Assembly: GCF_001017655.1 (NCBI RefSeq)
Contig: NZ_CP010904.1
Location: 660,001-692,000, forward strand
Direction of reading: 5' to 3'
From: Kiritimatiella glycovorans
Lineage (GTDB): Bacteria; Verrucomicrobiota; Kiritimatiellia; Kiritimatiellales; Kiritimatiellaceae
Length of the DNA stretch: 32,000 nucleotides
Shown here piece after piece: positions 10,394-19,233 of this stretch. The position numbers and the translations under genes were made by a program. The notes below the pieces were generated by a model that saw nothing but the letters and a program-made list of their open reading frames with translations, searched no databases and was not told where the DNA came from. Position 1 is the stretch's first letter. Each line of letters begins with the position of its first letter.

Positions 10394-10535
10394 CATGAAG
10401 GACATGAAGAGCATGAAGGTGGGGTGAGGGGGGTGAACATAATTCGTACTCGTACTCGGAGCGCCGAAGGCGCGAACCCACTCCCCCTGTTCAAGGAAAT
10501 CGAGTACGAGTGCCGCTTCGCTGAGTACGAGTGCG
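10394..10535. repeat. Repeat module R2, copy a (~142 nt)
   Basis: Three tandem 9-mers (CATGAAGGA CATGAAGAG CATGAAGGT), then a G-rich tract, then (GTACTC)n arms facing two (GAGTAC)n arms around a GCGCC-GAA-GGCGC mini-hairpin. It is largely alignable by eye with 29933-30076. Confidence 0.8.
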
Positions 10536-10685
10536 ATATTCCCACGGGTGTCCCAACGGTGAACTCAGGGGATGCGAGCGGATTTCTAATCCAGCCGCTA
10601 CGATTCCAGTAGTTCGGCTGAAGTGACTTGTTCGAACCTTTTTTCTCTCGCCAAGCCGCCAAGGTCGCCAGGGATTTTTTCCGAA

Positions 10686-10782
10686 CGTTTGTAGTAGCGC
10701 CGCAAGCCTGCCCCCAGCAGGCCAAGCGCGTGAAGATCACGGCCCTGGCCCTGCTTCGCAGGCGTGCGGCGCTACTACGAAC
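10686..10782. repeat. Repeat module R1, copy a (97-nt hairpin element)
   Basis: Imperfect ~25-bp terminal inverted repeats (GTTTGTAGTAGCGCCGCAAGCCTGC / GCAGGCGTGCGGCGCTACTACGAAC) flank a ~47-nt core. Nearly identical to 29664-29761. Confidence 0.85.
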
Positions 10783-10876
10783 AGGATTCTTAGTGGATGG
10801 CGGGCCTTGCTCCGATGATGTTCCTTCTCAGGAGTAGAAGAGGCAGGGACCGATTACGCGTACGAGTGCGAAAACG

Positions 10877-10914
10877 GCGGACGGCCTTCTGCTGTCCAGC
10901 AGAATCCCTGCCTT
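10877..10914. repeat. Repeat module R3, copy a (38 nt)
   Basis: GCGGACGGCCTTCTGCTGTCCAGCAGAATCCCTGCCTT with an internal TCTGCTG/CAGCAGA palindrome. It differs by 1 nt from 29893-29930. Confidence 0.85.
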
Positions 10915-10939
10915 TACGCGCTGGCTCGACCCGCGTCTC

Positions 10940-11037
10940 GGGTAGGGCGCGATCCCATCCCCCGATTCAAGGAATTCGAGTACGAGTACGAGTGCGATAT
11001 TCCTCCGGGTGTCCCCCATGTGGAACTCAGGAGGATG
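10940..11037. repeat. Partial R2 copy (right half plus extension)
   Basis: GGGTAGGGCGCGATCCCATCC...GATTCAAGGAATTCGAGTACGAGTACGAGTGCGATATTCC..GGGTGTCCC...GAACTCAGGAGGATG duplicates 10494-10575 within the same locus. Its first 15 nt also occur at 29821-29835. Confidence 0.75.
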
Positions 11038-11086
11038 TTGACGCACGCATTCGATTCGTTCGAGCGGAAGGAAATCTTTAGCGAGC

Positions 11087-11133
11087 TGTCACCTTGTCCT
11101 GGGAGGTGTCACCTTATTGTCACCTTATTTGTC
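11087..11133 (+). repeat. Three closely spaced direct copies of TGTCACCTT(ATT), iteron-like
   Basis: Copies at 11087-11095, 11107-11118 and 11118-11129, followed by a degenerate TGTCGCGG. Confidence 0.7.
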
Positions 11134-11211
11134 GCGGACTCCAGGGGACAGAGAGAGACGACGGCGGAAGGACGCGAGATATCCATAAAGCCGAAATAAG
11201 CGAATTTCCTA

Positions 11212-11246
11212 AGAAAAAAGGCCCTTTTCGCAGGGAAAAGGGCCTT
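11212..11246 (-). terminator. Intrinsic terminator just downstream (minus strand) of the displaced tRNA 3'-end copy
   Basis: The minus strand reads AAGGCCCTTTTC-CCTGC-GAAAAGGGCCTT followed by TTTTCTT. This is a 12-bp stem (11218-11229 pairing with 11235-11246). Confidence 0.7.
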
Positions 11247-11252
11247 AAAAAG

Positions 11253-11274
11253 TGGTAGCGGGGCTGGGATTTGA
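11253..11274 (-). repeat. 22-nt exact duplicate of the tRNA-Met 3' end (att-like direct repeat)
   Basis: TGGTAGCGGGGCTGGGATTTGA is identical to 12226-12247. Identity breaks inside the T loop and no 5' T-stem half is present, so this is not a tRNA gene. Confidence 0.85.
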
Positions 11275-12225
11275 GAGAAGCGGGGTCTGACCCCCCGTAA
11301 GCGGTTCAAAGAGAAAGAGTAAGCGTGTGTTAAAATCGCTTGTTTTGTCTTAGGGGGTCAGTTATGGCCCCAAAAATGGAGTTTTAAGCGCGAATTTCTG
11401 TTTTGTTTCGCGAGAGACCGACGGAGGTACGGTCGAGGAATGTGCGACGCTTCCTGAGGCGCGAGGAGCTTACAGCATCTTTTCCGGCTATAAAATTGAG
11501 GCCCTAAGCGCAGGAAACCGATTGCTGTGGGATGTAAGTCCTTCACAATGAAGAGTTAGAAAGGGTCAGACCCCCAGACCTGAATTTCCTTGCCAACAAA
11601 CGCGCCTCCGGCCGATCTCGAGGCGCTGGGCGAAGCCTGATCGCCAAACCAGAATCATAATTTATCACTTCGCCCGCGCCCGGCCGTGCGCCTGGATATC
11701 TTCCTTCCAGCCATCAGCCCCCCCCCTGTGGAGAGCGAATGATATGCGATCTCTCTGTTCGTCTCCATTATGGAGTTTGATCAGATCAGCCTTTTGTGCA
11801 GAAAAGCGCGTCCGGACCCGCTCTTCAAATACGCCTCGAATGCCATGGCTTTCCGCTCGTCCGGAAACGTGCAGTGCCAGGCCAGATCCCAGGGCCGATG
11901 GCGAGCGGTCGCCGGTGTCGAGCCGGCATTGTGGCGCTCAAGGCGTGTGGGCAGATCGACTGAGGAGAAACCGATGTAGATTCGGTTGGGGTGCGGAATG
12001 CTGCGGATGATATAAACATGGAACATGCAGACGGAAGTGCGGATGAAACTGTCCCGCTTCGCCTGACACGGGCGTGCCAGCCGAAGCTGAAACATCAACC
12101 GGCTTTTCCGGGAAAGTTATCTCCGGTGTCATAAGCCCGCCGTCGCTCGCCGCTTCGCTCTGAGCTATGGCGGGCAGCCTTCGCAGAACATCAACCGGAA
12201 AAGCCGGTTGATGTTCTGCGAAGGC
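11275..12225. mobile_element. Putative ~0.97-kb insertion (or island remnant) bounded by the duplicated tRNA 3' end
   Basis: It is bounded by the 22-nt direct repeats and is visibly lower in GC than the flanks. It contains only a GIY-YIG ORF, a 24-bp hairpin and GGGTCWGACCC palindromes (11282-11294, 11563-11573). No integrase is present. Confidence 0.45.
11781..12026 (-). CDS. Stand-alone GIY-YIG nuclease-family protein (~81 aa)
   Basis: MFHVYIIRS...RIYIGFSSVDLPTRLERHNAG...PWDLAWHCTFPDERKAMAFEAYLKSGSGRAFLHKRL carries the GIY/YIG strands, the conserved Arg and the NAG motif of the small UPF0213-like subfamily. The start is set at the internal ATG 12026; the tracked ORF extends to 12098. Confidence 0.75.
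   Translation of the reverse strand: MFHVYIIRSIPHPNRIYIGFSSVDLPTRLERHNAGSTPATARHRPWDLAWHCTFPDERKAMAFEAYLKSGSGRAFLHKRLI

Positions 12226-12227
<2 letters not shown>
12175..12227. repeat. Perfect 24-bp-stem hairpin abutting the tRNA CCA end
   Basis: CAGCCTTCGCAGAACATCAACCGG (12175-12198), loop AAAAG, CCGGTTGATGTTCTGCGAAGGCTG (12204-12227). A 21-nt partial inverted copy (AACATCAACCGGCTTTTCCGG) lies at about 12090-12110. Confidence 0.85.
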
Positions 12228-12302
<75 letters not shown>

Positions 12303-12350
12303 ACTGAAACTGTGCATCGACGCCGGGCTAACGGCGTCAGAGGATTGGTC

Positions 12351-12378
12351 ATAGTATTCAATCGGGCGTCGGATGCAA
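12351..12378 (-). promoter_or_regulatory. Candidate sigma-70-type promoter for the tRNA gene
   Basis: The minus strand reads TTGCAT-N16-TACTAT, about 50 nt upstream of tRNA position 1. This is motif-only evidence. Confidence 0.35.
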
Positions 12379-12474
12379 GGGTAAGTTTGAAACAGGCGAA
12401 TCTTTTTTTGACCCGCGATAACGGGGGAGGGTCAACGTTCGTTTGAGGCTTCGCAGGGAAGTATGCGCGCGCAC

Positions 12475-13530
12475 TCAATCCTCCGGGGACCGGTATGCCG
12501 CCCGCGTTTCGAATCCCGAGCTCGGTATTTCGCGAATGACGCCGTTGCTGCGCACCAGAAAAAGGGCCTCTTCGGGCCGGGGCTCGATCCAGCGCAGCCC
12601 TGCATCCGGCCCCATTACGAAGAGGGCGGTGGCGAGCGCATCGGCGGTCATGGCGTCGTCGGCCAGCACCGTCACCCCGGCGACGTCGGAGCGCACGGGA
12701 CGTCCGGCGCGGGGGTCGAGCAGGTGGGGCAGACGCCGTCCTCCTTTATCGAGCCGGTAATTACGGTAATCACCCGAGGTGGCCACGGCCCCGCTGGTGA
12801 GCTGCATCACGCCCTGCAGCCGCGCGGCGCCGGAGGCGTCCGACCCGGGGCGCTCTACGCCGATGCGCCAGGGTTCACCGCTGGAATGACGTCCGCGCAC
12901 GCGCACTTCGCCGCCGACTTCCACGAGATAATCGGACACGCCGCCTTCGCGCAGCACCGCCGCCGCGGCATCGGCCCCGTAGCCTTTGGCGATGCCCCCC
13001 AGGTCCAGCTGGAGCCCGGGATGGGTCTTGCGCAGTCTCGCAGAGGGGAGGAGCCGGAGACGCTCAAAGCCGGTCCGGGCGCGCAGCGCGTCCAGCTCCG
13101 CGGCACCGGGGTCGCGGTCTTCGGCCTTCGGCCCGAATCCCCACGCGGCGAGCAGCGGCGAGACCGTCGGATCAAACGCACCTCCGGAAGCCCGGGCTGT
13201 CTCCAGCGCGGCGGCGACCACCCGGTGCAGTTCCCGCGGAATGGATACCGGGTTGGTCGCGGTGTGGTCGTTGAAGTGCGAAAGGGGACTCTCCGGGTTC
13301 CAGGTGGACATGAGCCCGTCGATCTCCCGCAGCCTGCCGTGGACCTTCCGGCGCAGCGCGTCCGCGCGGCGTTCGGGCAGGGGGTCGGCCACCTGTACGG
13401 AGTAGCGGGTCCCCATGACACCGCCGGTCCAGGCCCGCGGCGCGGGGCGCGTGGAGCGGTACCACCAGCCCAACCCGAGCATGAGGACCAGCGCGAGCGC
13501 GGTGATCCAGTTGCGGCGCGAGGTCCTCAT
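12475..13530 (-). CDS. apbE: FAD:protein FMN transferase (ApbE/Ftp), flavinylates NqrB/NqrC
   Basis: ApbE-like sequence (GGVMGTRYSVQV..., GIAKGYGAD, ATSGDYRNY) with an N-terminal signal/anchor MRTSRRNWITALALVLMLG. The start at 13530 overlaps the nqrF stop (ATGA). The tracked ORF extends spuriously to 13710. Confidence 0.85.
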   Translation of the reverse strand: MRTSRRNWITALALVLMLGLGWWYRSTRPAPRAWTGGVMGTRYSVQVADPLPERRADALRRKVHGRLREIDGLMSTWNPESPLSHFNDHTATNPVSIPRELHRVVAAALETARASGGAFDPTVSPLLAAWGFGPKAEDRDPGAAELDALRARTGFERLRLLPSARLRKTHPGLQLDLGGIAKGYGADAAAAVLREGGVSDYLVEVGGEVRVRGRHSSGEPWRIGVERPGSDASGAARLQGVMQLTSGAVATSGDYRNYRLDKGGRRLPHLLDPRAGRPVRSDVAGVTVLADDAMTADALATALFVMGPDAGLRWIEPRPEEALFLVRSNGVIREIPSSGFETRAAYRSPED

Positions 13531-14756
13531 CCGAAGTCGTCGAAGGCGATCCGGTCGTCCTCGACCCCCAGCTCGTGTAGCATGTTCATCGAGGCGTCGA
13601 GCATCATCGGCGGCCCGCAGAGATAGTATTCGAGCTCGTCGGGGTCGGGATGATCGCCCAGGTAATGGTCGTGAACGACCTGGTGGATGAAGCCCGTAGG
13701 CCCGTCCCACTCATCCTCGGGCAGCGGTTCGCTCAGCGCGATGTGGAAGGTGAAGTTGTCGAATTCCTTTTCCAGCGCACGGAAGTCGTCCACGTAGAAC
13801 AGCTCGCGCATCGACCGCCCCCCGTACCAGTACGAGAGGGTGCGCCCGCTGCGCAGCGTCTGTAAGAGGTGCATGATGTGGCTGCGCAGCGGGGCCATGC
13901 CGGCACCGCCGCCGATGTAAACCATTTCGCGGTCGGTGTCCTTGATGAAGAAATCGCCGTACGGACCGCTCAGCGTCACCTCGTCGCCGGGTTGGAGCGC
14001 GTAGATGTAGCTGGACGCAATGCCGGGCGGGTAGGAGGTGCCCTTCGGAGGCAGGGCGATGCGTACGTTGAGAATGATCAGCCCCTTTTCGGCCGGGTGG
14101 TTCGCCATCGAGTAGGCCCGGAAGCAGGGTTCGTCGTTCTTCGCCTCCAGCTCGAGCAGCCCGAGCTGATTCCAGGTGTCGCGGAAGCGCTCATCGATCC
14201 CGAAGTCGCGGAATGCGATCTCGTATTCGGGAACATCGATCTGGACGTAGCCGCCGGGTTCGAAGTCGAATTCGGCGTCTTCGGGCAGTTCCAGCGTCAG
14301 TTCGCGGATGAAGGTGGCGACGTCGCGGTTGGACCTGACCCGGCAGGTGTATTTGCGGATGTCGAGCACCTCGGGCGGGATCTCGATCCGGAGATCGTTT
14401 TTGACTTTGAGCTGGCAGGAGAGCCGCACCCCTTCGCGCCGCTCCTGCCGCGTGAGCTGTCCGGTCTCGGTGGGCAGCACCTCGCCGCCGCCCTCGACCA
14501 CCCTGCACTTGCACATCGCACAGGTTCCGCCGCCGCCGCAGGCCGAAGGCAGATAGATCTCCCGCGCGGCCAGGGTGCCGAGCAGCGACGTGCCCGGTTT
14601 CGCCTCGATCTGCTGGTCGCCGCCGTTGATGTCGATGGTCACCGCCCCCTGCGGCGTGAGTTTGCGCGACGCGATCAGCAGCCCGAGCACCAGCAGCAGG
14701 ATGACGCCGGTGAAGACCGTGATGCTCGTCAGTACGTAGATAAACGGATGGTCCAT
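13527..14756 (-). CDS. nqrF: Na+-translocating NADH:quinone oxidoreductase subunit F
   Basis: N-terminal TM helix, 2Fe-2S ferredoxin motif (SACGGGGTCAMCKC) and FAD/NADH-binding motifs (RAYSMAN, GGGAGMAP). Confidence 0.95.
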   Translation of the reverse strand: MDHPFIYVLTSITVFTGVILLLVLGLLIASRKLTPQGAVTIDINGGDQQIEAKPGTSLLGTLAAREIYLPSACGGGGTCAMCKCRVVEGGGEVLPTETGQLTRQERREGVRLSCQLKVKNDLRIEIPPEVLDIRKYTCRVRSNRDVATFIRELTLELPEDAEFDFEPGGYVQIDVPEYEIAFRDFGIDERFRDTWNQLGLLELEAKNDEPCFRAYSMANHPAEKGLIILNVRIALPPKGTSYPPGIASSYIYALQPGDEVTLSGPYGDFFIKDTDREMVYIGGGAGMAPLRSHIMHLLQTLRSGRTLSYWYGGRSMRELFYVDDFRALEKEFDNFTFHIALSEPLPEDEWDGPTGFIHQVVHDHYLGDHPDPDELEYYLCGPPMMLDASMNMLHELGVEDDRIAFDDFG

Positions 14757-14758
14757 AA

Positions 14759-15373
14759 TTACAGATTAATCCCCGAGAAACACATAAACGCCATCGCCAT
14801 CAGTCCGGTGATGATCATCGTGATGCCCAGCCCGCGCAGCCCGGGCGGGATGTTCGAGTAGCGCAGCTCCTTGCGGATCGCCGCCATCGCCGCGATCGCC
14901 AGCGCCCACCCCGCACCGGCGGAGAACCCGAAGACGGCCGATTCGACGAAGGTGTACTCGCGTTCGACCATGAACAGCGATCCCCCCAGGATCGCGCAGT
15001 TGACCGTGATCAGCGGCAGGAAAATCCCGAGTGAGTGGTAGAGCGGCGGGAAGAAACGGTCGAGCACCATCTCCACGAGCTGCACCATGCTGGCGATCAC
15101 CGCGATAAAGCAGATGAACTTCAGAAACGAGAGGTCCATCTGACCGAGGACCTCGCTGCCGGTCCAGCTCAGCGCACCCGGCGCGAGCAGGAACTTGAAA
15201 ATCAGCCAGTTGGCGGGGACCGTGAGCGTAAGCACGAAAATGACCGCGAACCCCAGTCCCGTCGCCGTCTCGATCTTTTTCGAACAGGCGAGGAACGAGC
15301 ACATCCCCAGGAAATACGCGAGGAGGATGTTCTCCACGAAAACCGACTGGATGCCGAGTCGAAGCAGATCCAT
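14759..15373 (-). CDS. nqrE: Na+-NQR subunit E
   Basis: 204-aa polytopic RnfA/NqrE-like protein located between nqrD and nqrF. Confidence 0.9.
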   Translation of the reverse strand: MDLLRLGIQSVFVENILLAYFLGMCSFLACSKKIETATGLGFAVIFVLTLTVPANWLIFKFLLAPGALSWTGSEVLGQMDLSFLKFICFIAVIASMVQLVEMVLDRFFPPLYHSLGIFLPLITVNCAILGGSLFMVEREYTFVESAVFGFSAGAGWALAIAAMAAIRKELRYSNIPPGLRGLGITMIITGLMAMAFMCFSGINL

Positions 15374-15377
15374 CAGA

Positions 15378-15974
15378 TCAGGCCTCCTCCGTCTTGCCGA
15401 TGAGCGTGCGCTGGATCCAGATCAGCAGCCCGAGGATGATGAACGCCCCCGGCGCGAGGATCGCCAGGCCGTTGGTCGGATAGCCTTCGGGGAAGATCGG
15501 GATCGACCAGAACGTTCCCGAGCCGATCACTTCGCGCCCGATGGCCACGAGCATCAGGATCAGCGAGTAGCCGAGCCCGTTGCCCAGTCCGTCCAGCAGC
15601 GAGGAGCCGGGCGGATTCTGGATCGCGAACGCCTCCGCGCGGCCCATGACGATGCAGTTGGTGATGATCAGCCCGACGAACACGCTGAGCTGGCGGCTGA
15701 TATCGAAGAGATACGCGCGCAACACTTCGTCGGTCACCACCACCAGCGAGGCGATCACCGACATCTCCACGATCATCCGGATGCGGCCGGGGATCATCCT
15801 GCGCAGCAGCGAGACGATCAGATTCGAGCAGGTGATCACAAACGTCAGCGCCAGGCACATGACGAAGGCGGTTTCCACCTTCACGGTCACCGCCAGCGCG
15901 GAGCAGATCCCGAGCACCTGGACGGTGATCGGATTATTCTCCGACAGCGGATCGGTTACCAGTCTTGCGGCCAT
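15378..15974 (-). CDS. nqrD: Na+-NQR subunit D
   Basis: 198-aa polytopic RnfE/NqrD-like protein ([18 protein letters not shown]). Confidence 0.9.
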   Translation of the reverse strand: MAARLVTDPLSENNPITVQVLGICSALAVTVKVETAFVMCLALTFVITCSNLIVSLLRRMIPGRIRMIVEMSVIASLVVVTDEVLRAYLFDISRQLSVFVGLIITNCIVMGRAEAFAIQNPPGSSLLDGLGNGLGYSLILMLVAIGREVIGSGTFWSIPIFPEGYPTNGLAILAPGAFIILGLLIWIQRTLIGKTEEA

Positions 15975-15987
15975 AACACTTCCCTGT

Positions 15988-16707
15988 TCAACCCCGGTCT
16001 CTCAACCGGTCAAAATACGCGTCGTAGTTCTTCGCCGCGCTCCGCAGCGTTTCCTCGACCCCGACACTCGTCTTGGTCGCCCCGCTGATCGCGTCGACCG
16101 CGCGCGGACTACCGTCGGGGAACTTCCGCTCGACCCCGCCCTTCACGACCTCGAAATCGACCGGGTCTCCGTCGCGGTAGAGGCGCTTGCCCTCGAACTG
16201 CTCCTGGAACCAGCTCTTCTCGATCTCCGCGCCGAGGCCCGGCGTTTCATTGTGTTTATAAAACGTGAGGCCCCCGATCGTCGAGAGACCGGAATCGAGC
16301 GCCAGATACCCGTACATCATCCCCCACAGACCGCGCCCCCGGATCGGAACCACGTAACGGGGCGCCGCAGCGCGTTCCCAGATGTACACCGGCCGCAGCC
16401 CCGGCGGGATGCCGTCCTCTTCCGGCGCCGGGCGGCGTTCGGGTCCGACGGGCTCGGCGGTGTCGGCATCCAGCCAGACCGTTTTCATGTGTTCCGCGAA
16501 CAGCCGCTGTACGTCCCCGGCACCCAGCTTCGCGCCGTCCTCCCGCTTCAACGGGACCCCGAGCGCCTTGAGGATGTTTTTCTGACGGTCGAGAAGGATA
16601 TTGGTGCGCTGCCGCTCGCGCAGCGCCGCCGCCGTGCCGGAGAGCACGAGACTGCAGACCAGGCAGACCGCCAGCGCGAAGAGGATCGTGCGTACGTCGT
16701 CACGCAT
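15988..16707 (-). CDS. nqrC: Na+-NQR subunit C (FMN-binding)
   Basis: Single N-terminal TM helix plus the flavinylation motif DAISGATKTS. Confidence 0.9.
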   Translation of the reverse strand: MRDDVRTILFALAVCLVCSLVLSGTAAALRERQRTNILLDRQKNILKALGVPLKREDGAKLGAGDVQRLFAEHMKTVWLDADTAEPVGPERRPAPEEDGIPPGLRPVYIWERAAAPRYVVPIRGRGLWGMMYGYLALDSGLSTIGGLTFYKHNETPGLGAEIEKSWFQEQFEGKRLYRDGDPVDFEVVKGGVERKFPDGSPRAVDAISGATKTSVGVEETLRSAAKNYDAYFDRLRDRG

Positions 16708-17875
16708 GATTCATCCTCCCGAGATAGCGCTGTCGATCGCGTATGTGGGCGCGCAGCACCCCGTGATCGATCAGCGGCGCCATCACGTTCATGAACAGGA
16801 TCGCCAGCATCACGCCTTCGGGGAACGCGGGATTGAACACGCGGATGACCGCCGTGAGGAACCCGATCATGAAACCGTAGATCCATTTGCCCGCCGTCGT
16901 CGTCGCCGCCGAGACGGGGTCCGTCGCCATGAAGACGATCCCGAACGCGAATCCGCCCATAATCAGGTGGTAGTAGAACGGAAGCTGCGCATAGGTTCCG
17001 AACTCCCCGGCCGGCACGAAGTTGAACAGCAGCGAGGTCAGCGAGAGTCCGATCACGCCGGAGAGGATGATCCGCCACGACGCCACGCCGACCAGCAGCA
17101 GCAGCCCCAGCCCCAGCAGAACGGCGATCACGGAGGTCGATCCGATGCTTCCGGGCTCGAGGCCGCCGAACATCGTCATGAAATCGTACCCCGCCTCCTG
17201 CAGCGCCTGTGCGGGGGCCGAGGACGCGGATTCGGCGACAGAGAGCGGCGTCGGTCTGGTCACCGCGTCCGCCGCCACCCAGACCCGGTCGCCGGTGATC
17301 TCGACCGGGTAGGCGAAGAACAGGAACGCGCGCGCGGTGAGCGCGGGATTGAGTATGTTGTACCCCGTGCCGCCGAAGATCTCTTTGCCGATCACCACCC
17401 CGAACGAGATGCCCGCGGCCACCTGCCAGAGCGGAATCGTCGGCGGCAGCGTCAGCGGGAACAGCATGCCCGTGACGAGGAAGCCCTCGTTGATCTCGTG
17501 TCGCCGCACGCAGGCGAAGAGCACTTCCCACAGCCCTCCCACGGCGTAGGAGGTGATCACAATCGGGAGTACGATGATCAGTCCGCGCACGAGGTGGCCG
17601 ACGAAGCCGGCCTCGGCGCCGCTCGCCGCGTTGGCCTGGTAGCCGGCGTTGAACGCGCCGAACAGGAAGCAGGGCATCAGCGCGTAGAGCACGAAGATCA
17701 TCACGCGCTTCAGATCGACCGCGTCGCGCACATGCGGCGGCTTCGAGGTCACGTCGGGCGGCGTGCGCATGAAGGTGTCGCCCGCTTCAAAAAGCGGATG
17801 AATCCTGTGCAGGGTGCCGCCCTTTTCAAAGAGCGGCCGCATGCGTTCCATCATCGATGCGGGATCAAACTTCAT
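16700..17875 (-). CDS. nqrB: Na+-NQR subunit B
   Basis: 391-aa polytopic RnfD/NqrB-like protein. It overlaps nqrC by 8 nt and nqrA by 4 nt. Confidence 0.9.
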   Translation of the reverse strand: MKFDPASMMERMRPLFEKGGTLHRIHPLFEAGDTFMRTPPDVTSKPPHVRDAVDLKRVMIFVLYALMPCFLFGAFNAGYQANAASGAEAGFVGHLVRGLIIVLPIVITSYAVGGLWEVLFACVRRHEINEGFLVTGMLFPLTLPPTIPLWQVAAGISFGVVIGKEIFGGTGYNILNPALTARAFLFFAYPVEITGDRVWVAADAVTRPTPLSVAESASSAPAQALQEAGYDFMTMFGGLEPGSIGSTSVIAVLLGLGLLLLVGVASWRIILSGVIGLSLTSLLFNFVPAGEFGTYAQLPFYYHLIMGGFAFGIVFMATDPVSAATTTAGKWIYGFMIGFLTAVIRVFNPAFPEGVMLAILFMNVMAPLIDHGVLRAHIRDRQRYLGRMNHA

Positions 17876-19233
17876 AGCCCTTCTTCTTCGATCTCCTCAA
17901 GGCCGCGGCGGATGATTTCGCTGAGTTCCATTTTCGACGGGCAGGCGAACGCCGCCGGCGCGAAATCCTCCGGGTCGGTTTCCAGAATGCCCAGTTCGAT
18001 CGCCTCTTCCACATCGTGGGCGATGACCGCTCGGACGAGGTAATCGATGTTGATCTTCATCGGCAGGTAGCGGTCGTACCACCCCGTGAGGACCATCGCG
18101 CGCGGGCGGCCGTGCGTGCTGGTGCCGAGCCGCCAGCGATGGCCTTTCCGCAGCGCCGAAGGGTAGAGGCGATGGACGCTGAACGCGTTCCAGCCCGGTG
18201 CGGTCCAGCCGAGGAAGGTGCGGCTGCGGTCCTCGGGTAGCAGACTGAGGGCGTGAATGCCGGGGCGGTCGACGACGGAGTCCTCCATCGCCAGGCCCGA
18301 GAAGATATCGCCGCTGATCGCCCGGGTCTCCGTATTCCCGACCGCGTCCCGAACCAGTTCGTCGAGCACCGCACCGGGGGCGATGCGGTAGTGGGTGCGG
18401 TTCCGGTCGCCCGCCGCCGGTCCACCGAGGGCGATGACCTTCGACTTCGGGAGTTCGCCGCCGAGCAGCAGCCGGCCGATCTGGACTACGTCGCCCGCCT
18501 CGATCGTATACACCGTTTCACCGGCCCGGATCGGGGCCAGGTGGTGGATGTGTACACTGGTGTTTCCCGACGGATGAGGGCCGCGAAAGACGTCATGGCG
18601 GATGCGTCCCCCGGCTTCTTCGGGGAGGGGTGGCACGAAATTCGGGCCTGAGCAGACGTGCACCGCCCCGTCCGTGAGCGCGGCCATCGCGGTCAACCCC
18701 GCGCGAAAGGCGTCCTCGCCGTCCTCGACCACGACCGACGGGTCGGGCCGGAACGGCGCGGTGGCACAGGCGTTCACGAAAACCGCTTTCGGGGCAGACG
18801 CCGGATCGGCGATGCGCGCGAAAGGGCGCTGGCGGATCAGGGCCCACAGGCCCGCGTCCAGCAGGTGCGAGGCGAGCGTGTCGCGATCCAGCGACGCGAT
18901 GGACCCCGGATCCCATGACTTGAACGTGACCGGGTCGCCGGCCTCCTCCGGCCGGATCTCGATCCGGCGGATCGCGCGCCGCTCTCCGTACGCAATGGAC
19001 GTGATCCGACCGCCGACGGGGGCGCGCAGGACGAGGCTCTCCATTCGCTTATTGTAGAGCAGAGGCGCGCCGCGGGCGACCGTATCGCCCTCGCGGACGG
19101 CGGGTTTGCCCTTGAAGGGCTTCAGACCCAGCGGGCAGAGCGCGAAAGAGGAGGCCGCCCATTCCGTAATGCCGGAGGCGGGCACCCCTTCGATGGGTAG
19201 CCGCATGCCCTGTTTGAAGCGAAATTCGGTCAT
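17872..19233 (-). CDS. nqrA: Na+-NQR subunit A
   Basis: 453 aa. The N-terminus FRFKQGMRLPIEGVP matches the I.KGLDLPI.G.P start of NqrA. It is the first gene of the nqrABCDEF-apbE operon. Confidence 0.9.
   Translation of the reverse strand: MTEFRFKQGMRLPIEGVPASGITEWAASSFALCPLGLKPFKGKPAVREGDTVARGAPLLYNKRMESLVLRAPVGGRITSIAYGERRAIRRIEIRPEEAGDPVTFKSWDPGSIASLDRDTLASHLLDAGLWALIRQRPFARIADPASAPKAVFVNACATAPFRPDPSVVVEDGEDAFRAGLTAMAALTDGAVHVCSGPNFVPPLPEEAGGRIRHDVFRGPHPSGNTSVHIHHLAPIRAGETVYTIEAGDVVQIGRLLLGGELPKSKVIALGGPAAGDRNRTHYRIAPGAVLDELVRDAVGNTETRAISGDIFSGLAMEDSVVDRPGIHALSLLPEDRSRTFLGWTAPGWNAFSVHRLYPSALRKGHRWRLGTSTHGRPRAMVLTGWYDRYLPMKINIDYLVRAVIAHDVEEAIELGILETDPEDFAPAAFACPSKMELSEIIRRGLEEIEEEGL

Noticed and set aside
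10394-11037. Possible CRISPR array, given the many short repeats
   Set aside because: There are no regularly spaced identical repeats with unique spacers. The repeats are heterogeneous modules, some inverted, and no cas genes are present. The same reasoning applies to the two tandem units at 5418-5493.
10376-11081. Short ORFs over the repeat mosaic (e.g. HEGHEEHEG-containing 78-aa ORF, 116-aa minus ORF) and the equivalent 184-aa ORF at 29555-30109
   Set aside because: The two repeat loci are conserved at nucleotide level, but the ORFs crossing them use different frames and have different ends. The conservation is therefore not protein-coding.
11253-11274. Second tRNA gene or tmRNA 3' domain
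   Set aside because: Only 22 nt (CCA, the acceptor 3' strand, and half of the T stem and loop) are present. The upstream sequence cannot form the T stem or an acceptor helix.
12463-13626. 387-aa ORF antisense to apbE
   Set aside because: Shadow ORF in GC-rich coding DNA, with Gly/Pro/Arg-rich low-complexity translation.
15580-18043. Two long plus-strand ORFs (404 and 480 aa) across nqrD-nqrA
   Set aside because: They are antisense shadows of the nqr genes, with Arg/Asp/His-rich translations and no motifs.
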